Positions 33,967-47,696 of a DNA stretch of 64,000 bases are shown piece by piece. The notes beneath the pieces were generated by a model that saw only the letters and a program-made list of their open reading frames with translations, made no database searches and was not told the origin of the DNA. Every line of letters starts with the position of its first letter. Position 1 is the stretch's first letter. The DNA comes from an uncultured Pseudomonadota bacterium (GTDB lineage Bacteria > Myxococcota_A > Polyangia > Fen-1088): positions 662,683 through 726,682 of the forward strand of contig CAVQDT010000005.1 in the NCBI GenBank assembly GCA_963711305.1. Reading direction: 5' to 3'. The translations under genes and the position numbers were made by a program.

Positions 33967-34553
33967 GGGGATGCGTCTCCTCGATCTTGCGAATCCAGTG
34001 TTTTCGGCTGCTCCCCCGAGAGGCGCGCGCCGATCTCGTCCAGGCTCTTGCGAATGCGGTCCAGCTGGGGGGCCTGGTCGTGCCCGAAACGAAGCAGCTC
34101 CTTGGTGTAGCTGGCTTCGGTCTCACGGAGCTCTTCGTGGACCACCGCCAGGTGGTCCCATTCCTTGGCCAGTCGGCCCGCTCGGTGCTCCTGGAAGCGA
34201 CAGCGGCTGCCGGCCGCGCGCCACTGCCCGAGCCAGAACGACTGGTCCTCGGCCCAGCGTTGCGCCTCGGCCACGTCGTAATGCGCCACCAGGTGGTGGA
34301 AGTTCTCGAGGTGTTTCTCGAGCCCGTCGGCGACGTCGGTCAGCTCTTCGTAACAGCTCTCGATCTCCGCGGTCGACGCTTCCATGCCGACCGGCGTCCC
34401 CGTCGAGACAGAGTGCTGCCGCCGATAGATCGTCACGCCGACGGAGATCAACAGGTAGATGCTGCCCAGCGACACGAACGTGAGGATGACCACCGAGACG
34501 AATCGTCGATAGGGACGAAACTCTCCCGGCGTCTGGACAGACTCAGCGGACAC
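33963..34553 (-). CDS. Single-TM hypothetical protein with helical bundle
   Basis: 196-aa ORF, TM FVSVVILTFVSLGSIYLLISVGV; ATGA overlap with the helicase gene. Confidence 0.7.
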
Positions 34554-34681
34554 GGGGGGGAGGAGTCACAGAAGTGGATGGGGCATGAGCATGATGGCGG
34601 CAGCCAGCGCGAGCGAGGCGGCCTCAGTGGTGAGCGGAGCGCCGCTCGCCGAATCCGCCGGAGCGCCGGGGGAACGCGCAA

Positions 34682-34710
34682 AAGCTACGGGCCGCCCGGG
34701 GTACTGTCAA
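34682..34710 (-). promoter_or_regulatory. Sigma70-type promoter
   Basis: Minus strand TTGACA-17 nt-TAGCTT. Confidence 0.6.
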
Positions 34711-34750
34711 CAAAAGTCTAGGAATTTCGCGAGGCGATGAGGGCCGGCGA

Positions 34751-35215
34751 TCAGGGACGCAGGGCGGGGCAGGGGATGCCGGCCGGGAAACAGGCGCCCA
34801 CGTTTGCTTGCTGAAGCAGGATGCAACAGCGGGGGGTCATCTTGGGACACAGGATGTCGCTGCTGCAGATGACAGCCCCGCTGCAACCCTGAGGGTCGGA
34901 GTTGTCGATGCAGTACGGTGGCGCGGTCATGCGCCCGCCGAGGTCAATCGGGGTGCAGCAGGCCTGGGCACCGACCAGGCAGGTGCTGCCCCCGCAGGCG
35001 ATGAGCGAGCCAGCGCCGATTCCGCCCTGGCCGCTGACGCCGCTCCCGCCGGCTCCGATGCCACCCATGCCGCCAACGCCGCTCCCACCGACTCCGGTTG
35101 CCGCGCCATCCACGGGTCCGAAGCCGTCGTCCAGGCTGGTCCGGCCGCAGCCGTACGCGAACCCGCCCAGCACCAGGCCCACAACCACAAACGCGCGCCA
35201 GAACCGGCAACTCAT
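34751..35215 (-). CDS. Small Cys-rich lipoprotein with Gly-rich linker
   Basis: Lipobox AYGC; GGSGVGGMGG linker; about 12 Cys in the C-domain. Confidence 0.7.
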   Translation of the reverse strand: MSCRFWRAFVVVGLVLGGFAYGCGRTSLDDGFGPVDGAATGVGGSGVGGMGGIGAGGSGVSGQGGIGAGSLIACGGSTCLVGAQACCTPIDLGGRMTAPPYCIDNSDPQGCSGAVICSSDILCPKMTPRCCILLQQANVGACFPAGIPCPALRP

Positions 35216-35282
35216 CTGAATCGATCGCATGATCTCGGCTTTGCCTTCAAAAAGCAAAGCCGGAGCGACCGAGTGGCTTCTG

Positions 35283-36974
35283 CTACGGCTGGACCGGTAC
35301 CACGGCCTGGAACGAACCGTCGGCGTTGCTGCGGGTCTCGGCGCGCAGAATTGGCGGGACCCGCATCGGGCCGAAGCACTGGTCGGATCCGGCGCAGACG
35401 ACTTCGTAGAACCTGACGTCGATCGATGACAGCGGGGTGCCGTCGGGCCCCTGGACCTTGCCGTTGACCAGCTCGCCCGAAAGCAGATCCACCGAGCCCA
35501 TCGTGGTCGAGCCCGCGGCCACGACCACGCCGGTCTTGGTGAGCCGCGGCACCGCCGCGCCGGCCGGCGGATCGAAGTCCAGCCGGTAGGTGCCAGGGTC
35601 GATCATCAGCTGGAAGGTGCCGTCGGCCTTGCTGATGCCATTGGCCGACGACGCGACGATCGAGCTCGAGCAGTTGCTGGCCGGGTCGACCGCGGTGCGC
35701 GTGGCCGCGATGGCGACGCCGGGGACCACGCTGCCTTCAGGGCTGGTGATGGTGCCAGACAGGGTCGCCTTGGTCGCCAGCGAAAGCTGCGCGGCGACGG
35801 GCGTGGTGCCCGCGCCGCCGGGGTTCTGTCCGCCGTTGATCGCGATTCCGCTGACGCAGCTGATGCCGAGCGAGGAGCCGGACAGCGGGATCACCGCGAC
35901 GTCGTAGCTCTGCGTGCCGCCATTGCTGCTGGAGAGCAGGGGCAGATCGACGTTTCCATTCACGTCGGTGGTCCCGTCGCGCACCATGTCCGACGAGCCG
36001 CTCTCGTCGCTGGCGAGTACGGTGTGCGCACGGACGAGCGCGCCCGAGACCGGCTTCTGATCCGGTCCCGCGACCTTGAACCGGAAGAGCGTGGCGAAGC
36101 CGATCGCCGGCAGATTCAGGTTACCGAGCTCCATGTTGGCAGTGACCGTGATCGGCAGCGTCGTGAATCGCGGCGTGCTGTACTGGCTGCCGGACGGCAC
36201 GATCTCGATGGTGATCGGTTGCCCCGACGGCGCGGCGGCGGCATGCGCGACCTGCTTCGGGATCTCGACGCGGAATCCGCCGTCGCCGACGCCGACGCTG
36301 GCGTTGTTACTGACGATCTGGCCGCCCGACAGCGCGTGGGCCACGAAGCCTCCCGCCAGCTTGAGATCCGGCGTCACCAGCGTCCCGGTCACAAAGAACG
36401 AGTTGTGGTCGACCATCAGGTGGTTGACCGCTGCGAGCTTGGTCTGGATGTTCGCCGGGGGTTGGGCCAGATCGCGCGGGGGCAGCGGCGTGATCAGGAA
36501 GGTCACGTCGCTCCCGAGCATGCTCGCAGGAAGGGCGATCGAGAACGGCGACGGCGTGAGCCAGTCGGTCTGGAACTGGAGATCGGCATGACCGGGGATC
36601 GGCGTCTGGAAGGTCGCGATCACGTGCGAGTCGCCGATCGCAGCCTCGCCCTCGGGCAGATCGCCGGTGATGGTCACCTTCGCGTCCGCGGTCAGCTGGT
36701 TCGGTTTCTCGCTGGAGAAGTTGACCGCCGCGAGCAGGGTTTGCGCGGCCGACGAGTCGCCCGGCGGTAGCATCTCGATGGCCCAGGTGCCGCGGGCTGC
36801 TCGCTGAATGCAGGTCCCGTTGGAGCAGGCCGCGCCGCCGCTGCAGTCGATGTCTTTCACACAGCTGGGGGTCGGGACCGCGTTGATCTTGCACCCGACC
36901 AGCAGCGGCAGCGCCAGCGCCAGAAAAATCGGCGCGAGAGCGCGCGCGAACCCGAAGACGCCGGTCAGGGACAT
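35283..36974 (-). CDS. Lipoprotein with carboxypeptidase-regulatory-like (transthyretin-like) beta domains
   Basis: Lipobox LVGC; CxxxxDC...C...C module; repeated V.GPDG.P...V / T..DG.F / PGTYRL patterns. Confidence 0.7.
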   Translation of the reverse strand: MSLTGVFGFARALAPIFLALALPLLVGCKINAVPTPSCVKDIDCSGGAACSNGTCIQRAARGTWAIEMLPPGDSSAAQTLLAAVNFSSEKPNQLTADAKVTITGDLPEGEAAIGDSHVIATFQTPIPGHADLQFQTDWLTPSPFSIALPASMLGSDVTFLITPLPPRDLAQPPANIQTKLAAVNHLMVDHNSFFVTGTLVTPDLKLAGGFVAHALSGGQIVSNNASVGVGDGGFRVEIPKQVAHAAAAPSGQPITIEIVPSGSQYSTPRFTTLPITVTANMELGNLNLPAIGFATLFRFKVAGPDQKPVSGALVRAHTVLASDESGSSDMVRDGTTDVNGNVDLPLLSSSNGGTQSYDVAVIPLSGSSLGISCVSGIAINGGQNPGGAGTTPVAAQLSLATKATLSGTITSPEGSVVPGVAIAATRTAVDPASNCSSSIVASSANGISKADGTFQLMIDPGTYRLDFDPPAGAAVPRLTKTGVVVAAGSTTMGSVDLLSGELVNGKVQGPDGTPLSSIDVRFYEVVCAGSDQCFGPMRVPPILRAETRSNADGSFQAVVPVQP

Positions 36975-37525
36975 TGGACGTTCAGCACCCAGGAGGCCTG
37001 GGCCATGACCGAGTTGGCTTTGTTCTGGGTCAGCTGCTGCAAGGGATCGGTCGGCGCACCCGGATCGGCCAGATTCCAGAACGGCTGGTCGGAGACGAAG
37101 ACGGTGATGCTGTGCTGGTTCGTGTTGAGTGCGAGCGCATTGATGCAGCTCACCGACTCCATCTGTCCGGATTCGGGCGGGGCCGGAATCGGGGCGGGGA
37201 TATCCATGAGCAAGTGGCTGCTCGAGGTGAACGGCGGGTAGTCGGCCACCCAGCGCGCGATGAGAGCATCGCCGCTATTGAGGTCAGTGAAGGTCACGCG
37301 GAACGTCCCCGTCTTGTTGACGGCGGCGACGATCGACCCCTGCGGCGGGTCCGTCGAGTTGATGAACGGAGGGACGTTCTCGGTCGTCGGCGGATCCTCG
37401 AAACGAGGCCCGACGGGGAGAACGCAACCGGTAGACGAAGTCATGAAAAAGCCTAGGCTGAGGACAGAGATAGTCAGCTGGAGGATAAGCACGACTCGTG
37501 CCAGGGTGCAACGGCGCGGGATCAC
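36965..37525 (-). CDS. Hypothetical lipoprotein
   Basis: Hydrophobic signal and STGC lipobox; ENVPPFI Ig-like start; start codon uncertain (37525 GTG or 37540 ATG). Confidence 0.65.
   Translation of the reverse strand: MIPRRCTLARVVLILQLTISVLSLGFFMTSSTGCVLPVGPRFEDPPTTENVPPFINSTDPPQGSIVAAVNKTGTFRVTFTDLNSGDALIARWVADYPPFTSSSHLLMDIPAPIPAPPESGQMESVSCINALALNTNQHSITVFVSDQPFWNLADPGAPTDPLQQLTQNKANSVMAQASWVLNVQCP
37488..37503 (-). promoter_or_regulatory. Candidate sigma54 -24/-12 motif
   Basis: TGGCACGAGTCGTGCT (GG-N10-GC); overlaps the predicted signal-peptide codons, so it is ambiguous. Confidence 0.4.
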
Positions 37526-37601
37526 GTTGGCCGCTCCCATCGGGGGTCCGGCAACCGAGACATTGCTGTCAGCGCCGGTGCAGCGATTGCGGTCGCCAGA
37601 A

Positions 37602-39426
<1,825 letters not shown>

Positions 39427-39449
39427 TCGTCGTCGCTCCCCGTGGTCGT

Positions 39450-40392
39450 TCAAAATGTCCATGCGACGCCCAGCCCGGAACCGCGTGGGATCGCCAGCGG
39501 GCCGACCCGCAGCCGCGCGGCCGCCCCGGCGGTCCCGGGTGAAGTGGCGGCACCGTTGTGGGCCGGCTCAGTCTCGGTCGAAACCGCCGGCTTGAAGTTC
39601 TGGAGCGCGTCGATGATGCCCCACGCCGCCGTCACGAAGAAGAGCCCGCCCGAGACCAGCTGCAGGCGCAGCAGGTTCCGGGACAGATCCTCCTCGGAGT
39701 GATCGATGTTCATGCAGTTGCGCGCCATGCCCGTGGTGTCGCCGCTGGTCGCGGGATCGAGGCAGCGGCGCTGGTGGCTGGCGCCGAAGAGGGCGAAGTT
39801 GGTCACGAACGCGCCGAGCGAGACCGCGCCCAGCGCTGCCTCGACGCCGAAGAAGGCCCACCCCTTGCCACGCTCGCCGTTCTGGAACTGCCCGGCGCCG
39901 AACGGGACGTAAGTTCACCGCGTAGGAGTTGTTCTTCTGGATGATGAGGCGCGCCTGTGCCGCGCAGCGCGCGTCGGCCTCCTGCTGCCGGCGCGCCGCC
40001 ACGTCGGCGTCGCGCTTCTTGCGCGCGACTTCGAGCGCGGCGATCTCGTCCTCTTCTTCCCTGCGCACACCATTGAAGAATTCGACGACGCGCGGCGGGT
40101 CGAGCAGCGGATCGAAGTGGTAGTCGGGCCGCAGCTCCAGGAGCTTGCGGAACTCGCGCTTGGCCTCGTCGGGCTGGTTCTCGAACAGGTGCGCGACGCC
40201 CAGCATGCGGTGCGCCTGGACGACGTCGACCTCGCTGTCGAGGCGGATCTCGGGGTAGAGCAGGGGCCGCAGGATGTCGATCGCGCGCGTGTACTCGGCG
40301 CGCCCGAAGGCGGTCTTGCCGCGGTCGAATTCGTCGGCCGCCGGACTGGCCAGCGCCAGCGTCGTCGCGACCATCGCGCAGAGCCAGGCCAT
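39450..40392 (-). CDS. Secreted TPR protein with hydrophobic hairpin and aromatic C-terminal strand (frameshift near 39915)
   Basis: Signal peptide; TPRs ([25 protein letters not shown]); [10 protein letters not shown]; ends GLGVAWTF. Confidence 0.7.
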
Positions 40393-40394
40393 GC

Positions 40395-42316
<1,922 letters not shown>

Positions 42317-42412
42317 AGTCACCACGACGGCGCTGTCATAGGACTAGGCTAAGAGCTGCATATTACGGATACTTAGTCCGGGCAGCAAGCGCGGCTTCGT
42401 AGGAACGGAATG

Positions 42413-43741
42413 TCACACCGGTTGGGCGCGGGCGTCAATCGGATGGGCGAGGAAATAGGGGAGCGCCTCCGCCATCAGATCGAGCGTGGGATCGAGCTGC
42501 TTGCCGATGCCCTCGGTGACCGCGATCGCGATGTTCACGATGGTGAACGTCGGGTTCACCCGCACGCGGTGGCGGCGCAGGATCGCCAGCATGTCGAACA
42601 GCACCTTGCCGACCTGCACCTCGCCGAGCCGCTGGCCCCAGTAGCGGCCCACGAACTCGATGATCGCGGCGCGATAGCGCTCGAACGCGTCATCGTCGTG
42701 CCGCCCCGCGCGTGCGTCCTCGGCGGCGCGCGCGTTCGCGGACATGTCGTACATGATGCGTGCCATGGTGTCGCCGTCGCGCTGCGCCCAGGCGGCGAAG
42801 AACCGGGCGAAGCCGCGCCGGTGCGGATCGTCGAGCTCGCCGACCAGCCCGAGATCGAGCATCGCGATCTGGTCCTGCGGCGTGATCAGGATGTTGCCGG
42901 GGTGGAGATCGGCGTGCACGAAGCCGTCCTCGAAGATCATCTTGAGCAGCGCCTGCAGCCCGAGGCGCGCGACCCGCTTCGGGTCGGAGCGCGTGCGCGT
43001 GGCGAGGATCTTCGTCCCCTCGACGAAGCTCATGGCCAGCACGCGCTCCGACGACAGCTCCTCGATCAGCTCCGGGAACACGACGTTCGGGTGGCCGCGA
43101 AAGTTTTCGCGGAAGCGGCGGTTGTTGCGCGCCTCGATGCGAAAATCGAGCTGCGAGAAGATCGCGCGGCCGAACTCCTCGATGGTGGCGACCGGCGACA
43201 GCGTCGCGATCGACGGGATGGCGTTCAGGAAGCGCGCGCCGATGCGCATGACCGCGAGATCGAAGGTGCAAAGCTCGATCACGTTGGGCCGCCGCACCTT
43301 GACCGCGATGATGCGGCCGCTCGGCAGGCGCGCTTTGTGGACCTGCGACACCGATGCCGACGCGAGGGGAACCGGCGCGAACTCGGCGAAGAGCTCGCTC
43401 ATCGGGCGGCCGAAGTCGGTTTCGAGAGTGCGCACCACGGCCTCGAACGGGAACGGTCCGACGTCGTCCTGCAGGTGCTCGAGCGCGCGCGACACGTGGT
43501 CGGGGATGAGATCCGGCCGCGTGCTCATGATCTGTCCGACCTTGATGAAAGTCGCGCCCAGCTCGCGGAACAGATCGAGGACCACCTCGCCGAAGAACGC
43601 CTTTCGACGCGCTTTTCCGGCAAAAGTCACCAGTAGCACCGTCCAGCCAATCCACCACCGCACCCAGTGCTTGGCCACGCACAGCGCAATTGCCATCGCC
43701 CGCAAAAACAGGCGGCTCCGTGGCAAAGACTTCGCGGCCAT
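42413..43741 (-). CDS. ABC1/UbiB atypical kinase family protein
   Basis: LGATFIKVGQIMSTRPD, LQDDV, LASASVSQVHKA, AVKV, HADLHPGN, LDLGLV. Confidence 0.92.
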   Translation of the reverse strand: MAAKSLPRSRLFLRAMAIALCVAKHWVRWWIGWTVLLVTFAGKARRKAFFGEVVLDLFRELGATFIKVGQIMSTRPDLIPDHVSRALEHLQDDVGPFPFEAVVRTLETDFGRPMSELFAEFAPVPLASASVSQVHKARLPSGRIIAVKVRRPNVIELCTFDLAVMRIGARFLNAIPSIATLSPVATIEEFGRAIFSQLDFRIEARNNRRFRENFRGHPNVVFPELIEELSSERVLAMSFVEGTKILATRTRSDPKRVARLGLQALLKMIFEDGFVHADLHPGNILITPQDQIAMLDLGLVGELDDPHRRGFARFFAAWAQRDGDTMARIMYDMSANARAAEDARAGRHDDDAFERYRAAIIEFVGRYWGQRLGEVQVGKVLFDMLAILRRHRVRVNPTFTIVNIAIAVTEGIGKQLDPTLDLMAEALPYFLAHPIDARAQPV

Positions 43742-43767
43742 GGCCGGAATTTTATACTATTAAGGGC
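43742..43767. promoter_or_regulatory. Back-to-back -10 elements of a divergent, apparently leaderless gene pair
   Basis: Minus TAAAAT (43749-54) and plus TACTAT (43755-60), each 7 nt from its ATG; no SD. Confidence 0.55.
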
Positions 43768-45717
43768 ATGACCGCCCTCTCGGCGTCCGCCGATCTTCGT
43801 ACCGGCTCCAGCGCGGGTTCCACCGGCAGCCAGGGTCCCAACGCGGCCGACATCGCCGCTCTCAGGAAGGACGAACCCAAGACCGCGATCGCCATGTGGA
43901 AGGAGCGGGTGCGCGACACCCCGCAGCGCATCGCCTTCCGGTACAAGAAAGACGCGGCCTGGGCCGCTATGACGTGGGCGGAAGCCGACACCTTCGCGCG
44001 CGAGGTCGCCGCGGGCCTGGTTTCGCTGGGCGTTGCGCCCGGCGACCGCATCGCGCTGCTCTCGCAGACCCGCCTCGAGTGGGTGCTGTGCGACGTCGCG
44101 ATCCTGCTGGCCGGGGCGGTCACCGTACCGATCTATCCGCAGAGCACGGCCGAGCAGTGTGAGTTCATCATCCGCGACGCCGGCGCCAAGCTGGTGATCG
44201 TCGAGGATGCGTCACAGATCGGCAAGCTGCTGCCGGTGCGCCACCGCCTGTTCACGGTCGCCCGGCTCGTCCACGTGAGCGGCGATGCGACGCTCGAGAA
44301 GCCCGACGCGCAGGGGCGGACCCACGTCACGCTGGCCGAGGTCACGCACGGTGCCGGCGACTTCGTGACCTCGCTCGACGATCTGCGGGCCGCGGGCCGG
44401 GTCTGGCTCGGCAAGCATCCCGGAGAGCTCGACAGCCATTCGGCGGCGATCACGCCCGAGTCGATGTTCACCATCATCTACACCTCGGGCACGACCGGCA
44501 CTCCCAAGGGCGTGGTGCTGACGCACGAGAACATCTCGGCCGGCGTGTGCAGCGCGGTCCGTGCGATCGACATCCTCGCGGCCGATCAGCAGTATCTGTT
44601 CGTGCCGCTGGCCCACGTGCTGGGACGCGAGATCGCGTGGGCGCCGATCCAGAGCCGGCTGTACCACCTGGTTCTCCGAGGGGATCGCGAAGATCAAGGA
44701 CAACCTGGTCGAGGTGCGGCCGTCGTTCATGGCCAGCGTGCCGCGCATCTACGAGAAGTTCTACAGCGGGTTGCAGGCCGCGTTCGAGCAGGGCTCGCCG
44801 GGCAAGCGAAGGCTGGTGAAGTGGGCCTTGGGCGTTGGCAAGGCCGCGTCGTCGCGCAAGCGGGCGGGGAAGTCGCTGGGCCCCTGGCTAGGGCTGAAGC
44901 ACTCCATCGCCGACAAGCTGGTGTTCAGCAAGGTGCGCGAGCGCCTGGGGCTGGACAAGTGCCGCTTCCTGGTCTCGGGAGGCGCGCCGCTCTCGCCGGA
45001 GATCGCCGAGTTCTTCCACGCGGTCGGCCTGCTGATCCTCGAGGGCTACGGCCTGACCGAGACCGTCGCCGCCGCGTTCTTCAACCGCCTGGACAACCAC
45101 CGCTTCGGCACGGTCGGTCCCGGCGCTGGACGTGGTCCAGATGAAGATCGCCGAGGACGGCGAGATCCTGATGCGCGGGCCGTCGGTGTTTCACCAGTAC
45201 TACAACAACCCGCAGGCGACGACCGAGGCGGTCGAGCCCGACGGCTGGTTCCACTCGGGCGACATCGGCGTGCTCGAGGACGGGTTCCTGCGCATCACCG
45301 ACCGCAAGAAGGACCTGATCGTCACCGCGGGCGGGAAAAAGGTCGCGCCGCAGCCGATCGAGAATGCGATCAAGGTGCAGTCGTCGATGGTGAGCCAGGC
45401 GCTGGTCTACGGCGACAAGCGGCCCTACTGCGTGGCGCTGCTGACGCTGTCCGAGGACGCGATTGAAGCGGTTCGGCAGCGGCACGCCCCCCGGCGATTC
45501 GCCCGAGCTGCAGGCGCTGCTGAAAAAGAACCTCGAGCAGATCAACTCCAAGCTGGCGTCGTGGGAGACGGTCAAGAAGTTCGCGGTGCTGCCCAACGAC
45601 TTCACCGAGGCGAGCGGAGAGCTGACGCCCAGCCTGAAGGTGAAGCGCAAGGTCGTCATCGAGCGGTATCAGTCGGTGATCGACGGGCTCTACGCCTCGG
45701 GTCGGGTCGAGGAGTAA
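43768..45717 (+). CDS. Long-chain fatty acid-CoA ligase (frameshifts near 44655, 45125, 45465)
   Basis: IIYTSGTTGTPKG, SVPRIYEK, EGYGLTE, WFHSGDIG, ITDRKKDLI, ELTPSLKVKR. Confidence 0.9.
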
Positions 45718-45726
45718 CGAGCCGGA

Positions 45727-45847
45727 CCCCTCACCCTAGCCCTCCCCCCGCAGACGGGGGGAGGGGACCGGACAGAGCGCTGGGCGAAGATCCGATCCGA
45801 TCCGATCCCCTCCCCCCGTCTGCGGGGGGAGGGTTAGGGGTGAGGGG
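45727..45847. repeat. Inverted pair of REP-like palindromes
   Basis: CCCCTCACCCTAGCCCTCCCCCCGCAGACGGGGGGAGGGGA and its near-exact reverse complement at 45806-45847. Confidence 0.85.
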
Positions 45848-45871
45848 CCGGACGCGAGGCGACGATCCGGA

Positions 45872-47638
45872 TCAGATCTTCGCGACGCTCGTCCCCGCCG
45901 TTACGCCCGCCTCGTTGAACGCATCGATCGTGAAGAACACGGCCACGCCGGCGTCGAGGTCGTGCAGCGCGACCTCCCGCTGCCCGCGCACCTCGCGGGT
46001 GCGGTACAGCTTGCCGGGGGCGGCGCCGTAGCGGATGAGGTAGCCCTCAGCGTGGGGCACGAGATCCCAGCGCACGACCGCGCTGCGCGCGTCGCTGGGG
46101 TCGCGGTGGACTTCGAACCGCGGCGGCGCCGCGGGCGCCGTCGCTCCCGCGCACGCTCCGAACAGTCGCAGGTCCCGCACCGCGAAGGTGCCGCCGCCCG
46201 GCGTGTGAACGTTGACCACGCGCACCCAGCGCGCCTCCACCGGCGTTCCGAGCTCGAGGTAGTCGTGAGGTAGGTCGCGCGTGACTCCACTGCGGTCGGC
46301 GAGCGGTTGCCAGAGCGCTCCGTCGGGCGAGCCGTCGAGGTGGTACTGGCGCCAGGCGCCCGCGTCGCGTCCTCGCTGCGTCGCCTCGTGCTCGCCGAAG
46401 TTGACCTGCACGGCATCGATGCGGCAGCTCTTGCCGAGGTCGATCGCCAGCCACTCACCGGTGCCGGCGGTCCGGGCGCTCCAGTAGGTCTTCACGTCCT
46501 CGTCGACCGCGCGCTCGGGGCCGAGGCCCTCCAGGCTCGACGAGGCGCCCGTCTTCTTGCCGAAAGAAAGCAGCATCGTGCCGGCGCGGTTGCTCGCACC
46601 CACGCTCGCGCGCAGCGCGGGCGCGATCTGCGGATAGTCACCGAGCGCGGTGTCGGCATGCATGGAGCCATCGTCGTCGAACGTCACCGGGAACAGACCC
46701 AGCCGCCGTTCGAACATGTGCTTCACCGAGATCGTCATCGTGGCTACGTGCCAGTACCGCCCCTGCTTGTCGGCGAAGGTGGCGCTGTGTCCAGCGCCGC
46801 CGATGAAGCCGGTGGGCTTCGCCGAGAAGGGATTCGATGGCGCGTAGGTGAACGGACCGCGCGGCGACGTCGAGGTGTAGACGCCGTCGGCGTAGACCTT
46901 GAACTCGGTGCCGGGGGCCGCGTACTGGAGGTAGTAGGTCCCGCCGTGCTTGGTCATCCAGGAGCCTTCGATCCAGGGCCCCTCGGAGAACTGGCCGTCC
47001 GCGACCGCGCCCAGGTTGTCCTCGCCCCGGCGCTCCCACCCGTGGTGCGCGTAGTCGGCGCGGAAGCAGACGAACGGCGCGCCCTTTTTCTTGAAGCCCG
47101 CGGCCGGATCCAGCTCCTGGCCCGAGATCGCGCCGTTGTAGGAGAGCCCGGAGTAGAGATAGACGCGGCCGTCGTCGTCCGCGAAGAGATCGGGGTCGCC
47201 GGCCTTGAAGGGATCGCCGATGTGCTCCCACTTACCGCCGCCCGGATCGCGCGAGCGGTAGAGGCCGATGTCGCACGCGCTGTAGTAGAGCGCGCCACCG
47301 TAGGCCATCACCGCCGGCGCGTAGGCCTCGATGGGCAGCCCCTCGGGCACGACGAACGTCCAGTCGACGAGATCGCGCGACCTCCAGTAGCCGCCGGACT
47401 TCGACGCGAACAGGTAGTAGTCGTCACCGAAGAGCACGATCACCGGATCGGCGGCCTCGCGGCGTCCGGGGGCGTCGAGCGCGAACCGGTAGTCGAGGTT
47501 CAGCGGGTTCGCGAAGGTGCGCGGCCCGGCCGCCTTGGTCGGCGCCGCCGCCGCCCTTCCCGGCGCGGGAGGCGCGCCGCCGACCTTGGTTGCGACCAGC
47601 AAGAGAGCGATGGCGATCGACGCGCGCCCGAACGACAT
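45872..47638 (-). CDS. Secreted GH43 glycoside hydrolase + F5/8 type C (CBM32) + FN3
   Basis: AADP, YAPAV, DPDLFADDDGRVYLY, WIEGSWM, YYLQYAAPGT, GAGHS; AVDEDVKTYW...WLAIDLG. Confidence 0.85.
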   Translation of the reverse strand: MSFGRASIAIALLLVATKVGGAPPAPGRAAAAPTKAAGPRTFANPLNLDYRFALDAPGRREAADPVIVLFGDDYYLFASKSGGYWRSRDLVDWTFVVPEGLPIEAYAPAVMAYGGALYYSACDIGLYRSRDPGGGKWEHIGDPFKAGDPDLFADDDGRVYLYSGLSYNGAISGQELDPAAGFKKKGAPFVCFRADYAHHGWERRGEDNLGAVADGQFSEGPWIEGSWMTKHGGTYYLQYAAPGTEFKVYADGVYTSTSPRGPFTYAPSNPFSAKPTGFIGGAGHSATFADKQGRYWHVATMTISVKHMFERRLGLFPVTFDDDGSMHADTALGDYPQIAPALRASVGASNRAGTMLLSFGKKTGASSSLEGLGPERAVDEDVKTYWSARTAGTGEWLAIDLGKSCRIDAVQVNFGEHEATQRGRDAGAWRQYHLDGSPDGALWQPLADRSGVTRDLPHDYLELGTPVEARWVRVVNVHTPGGGTFAVRDLRLFGACAGATAPAAPPRFEVHRDPSDARSAVVRWDLVPHAEGYLIRYGAAPGKLYRTREVRGQREVALHDLDAGVAVFFTIDAFNEAGVTAGTSVAKI

Positions 47639-47696
47639 CCGGTACTCTTACCGCGAATCGGTGCGGCGCAGAAATCGCAAGCGGCCCAGGCGGGCG

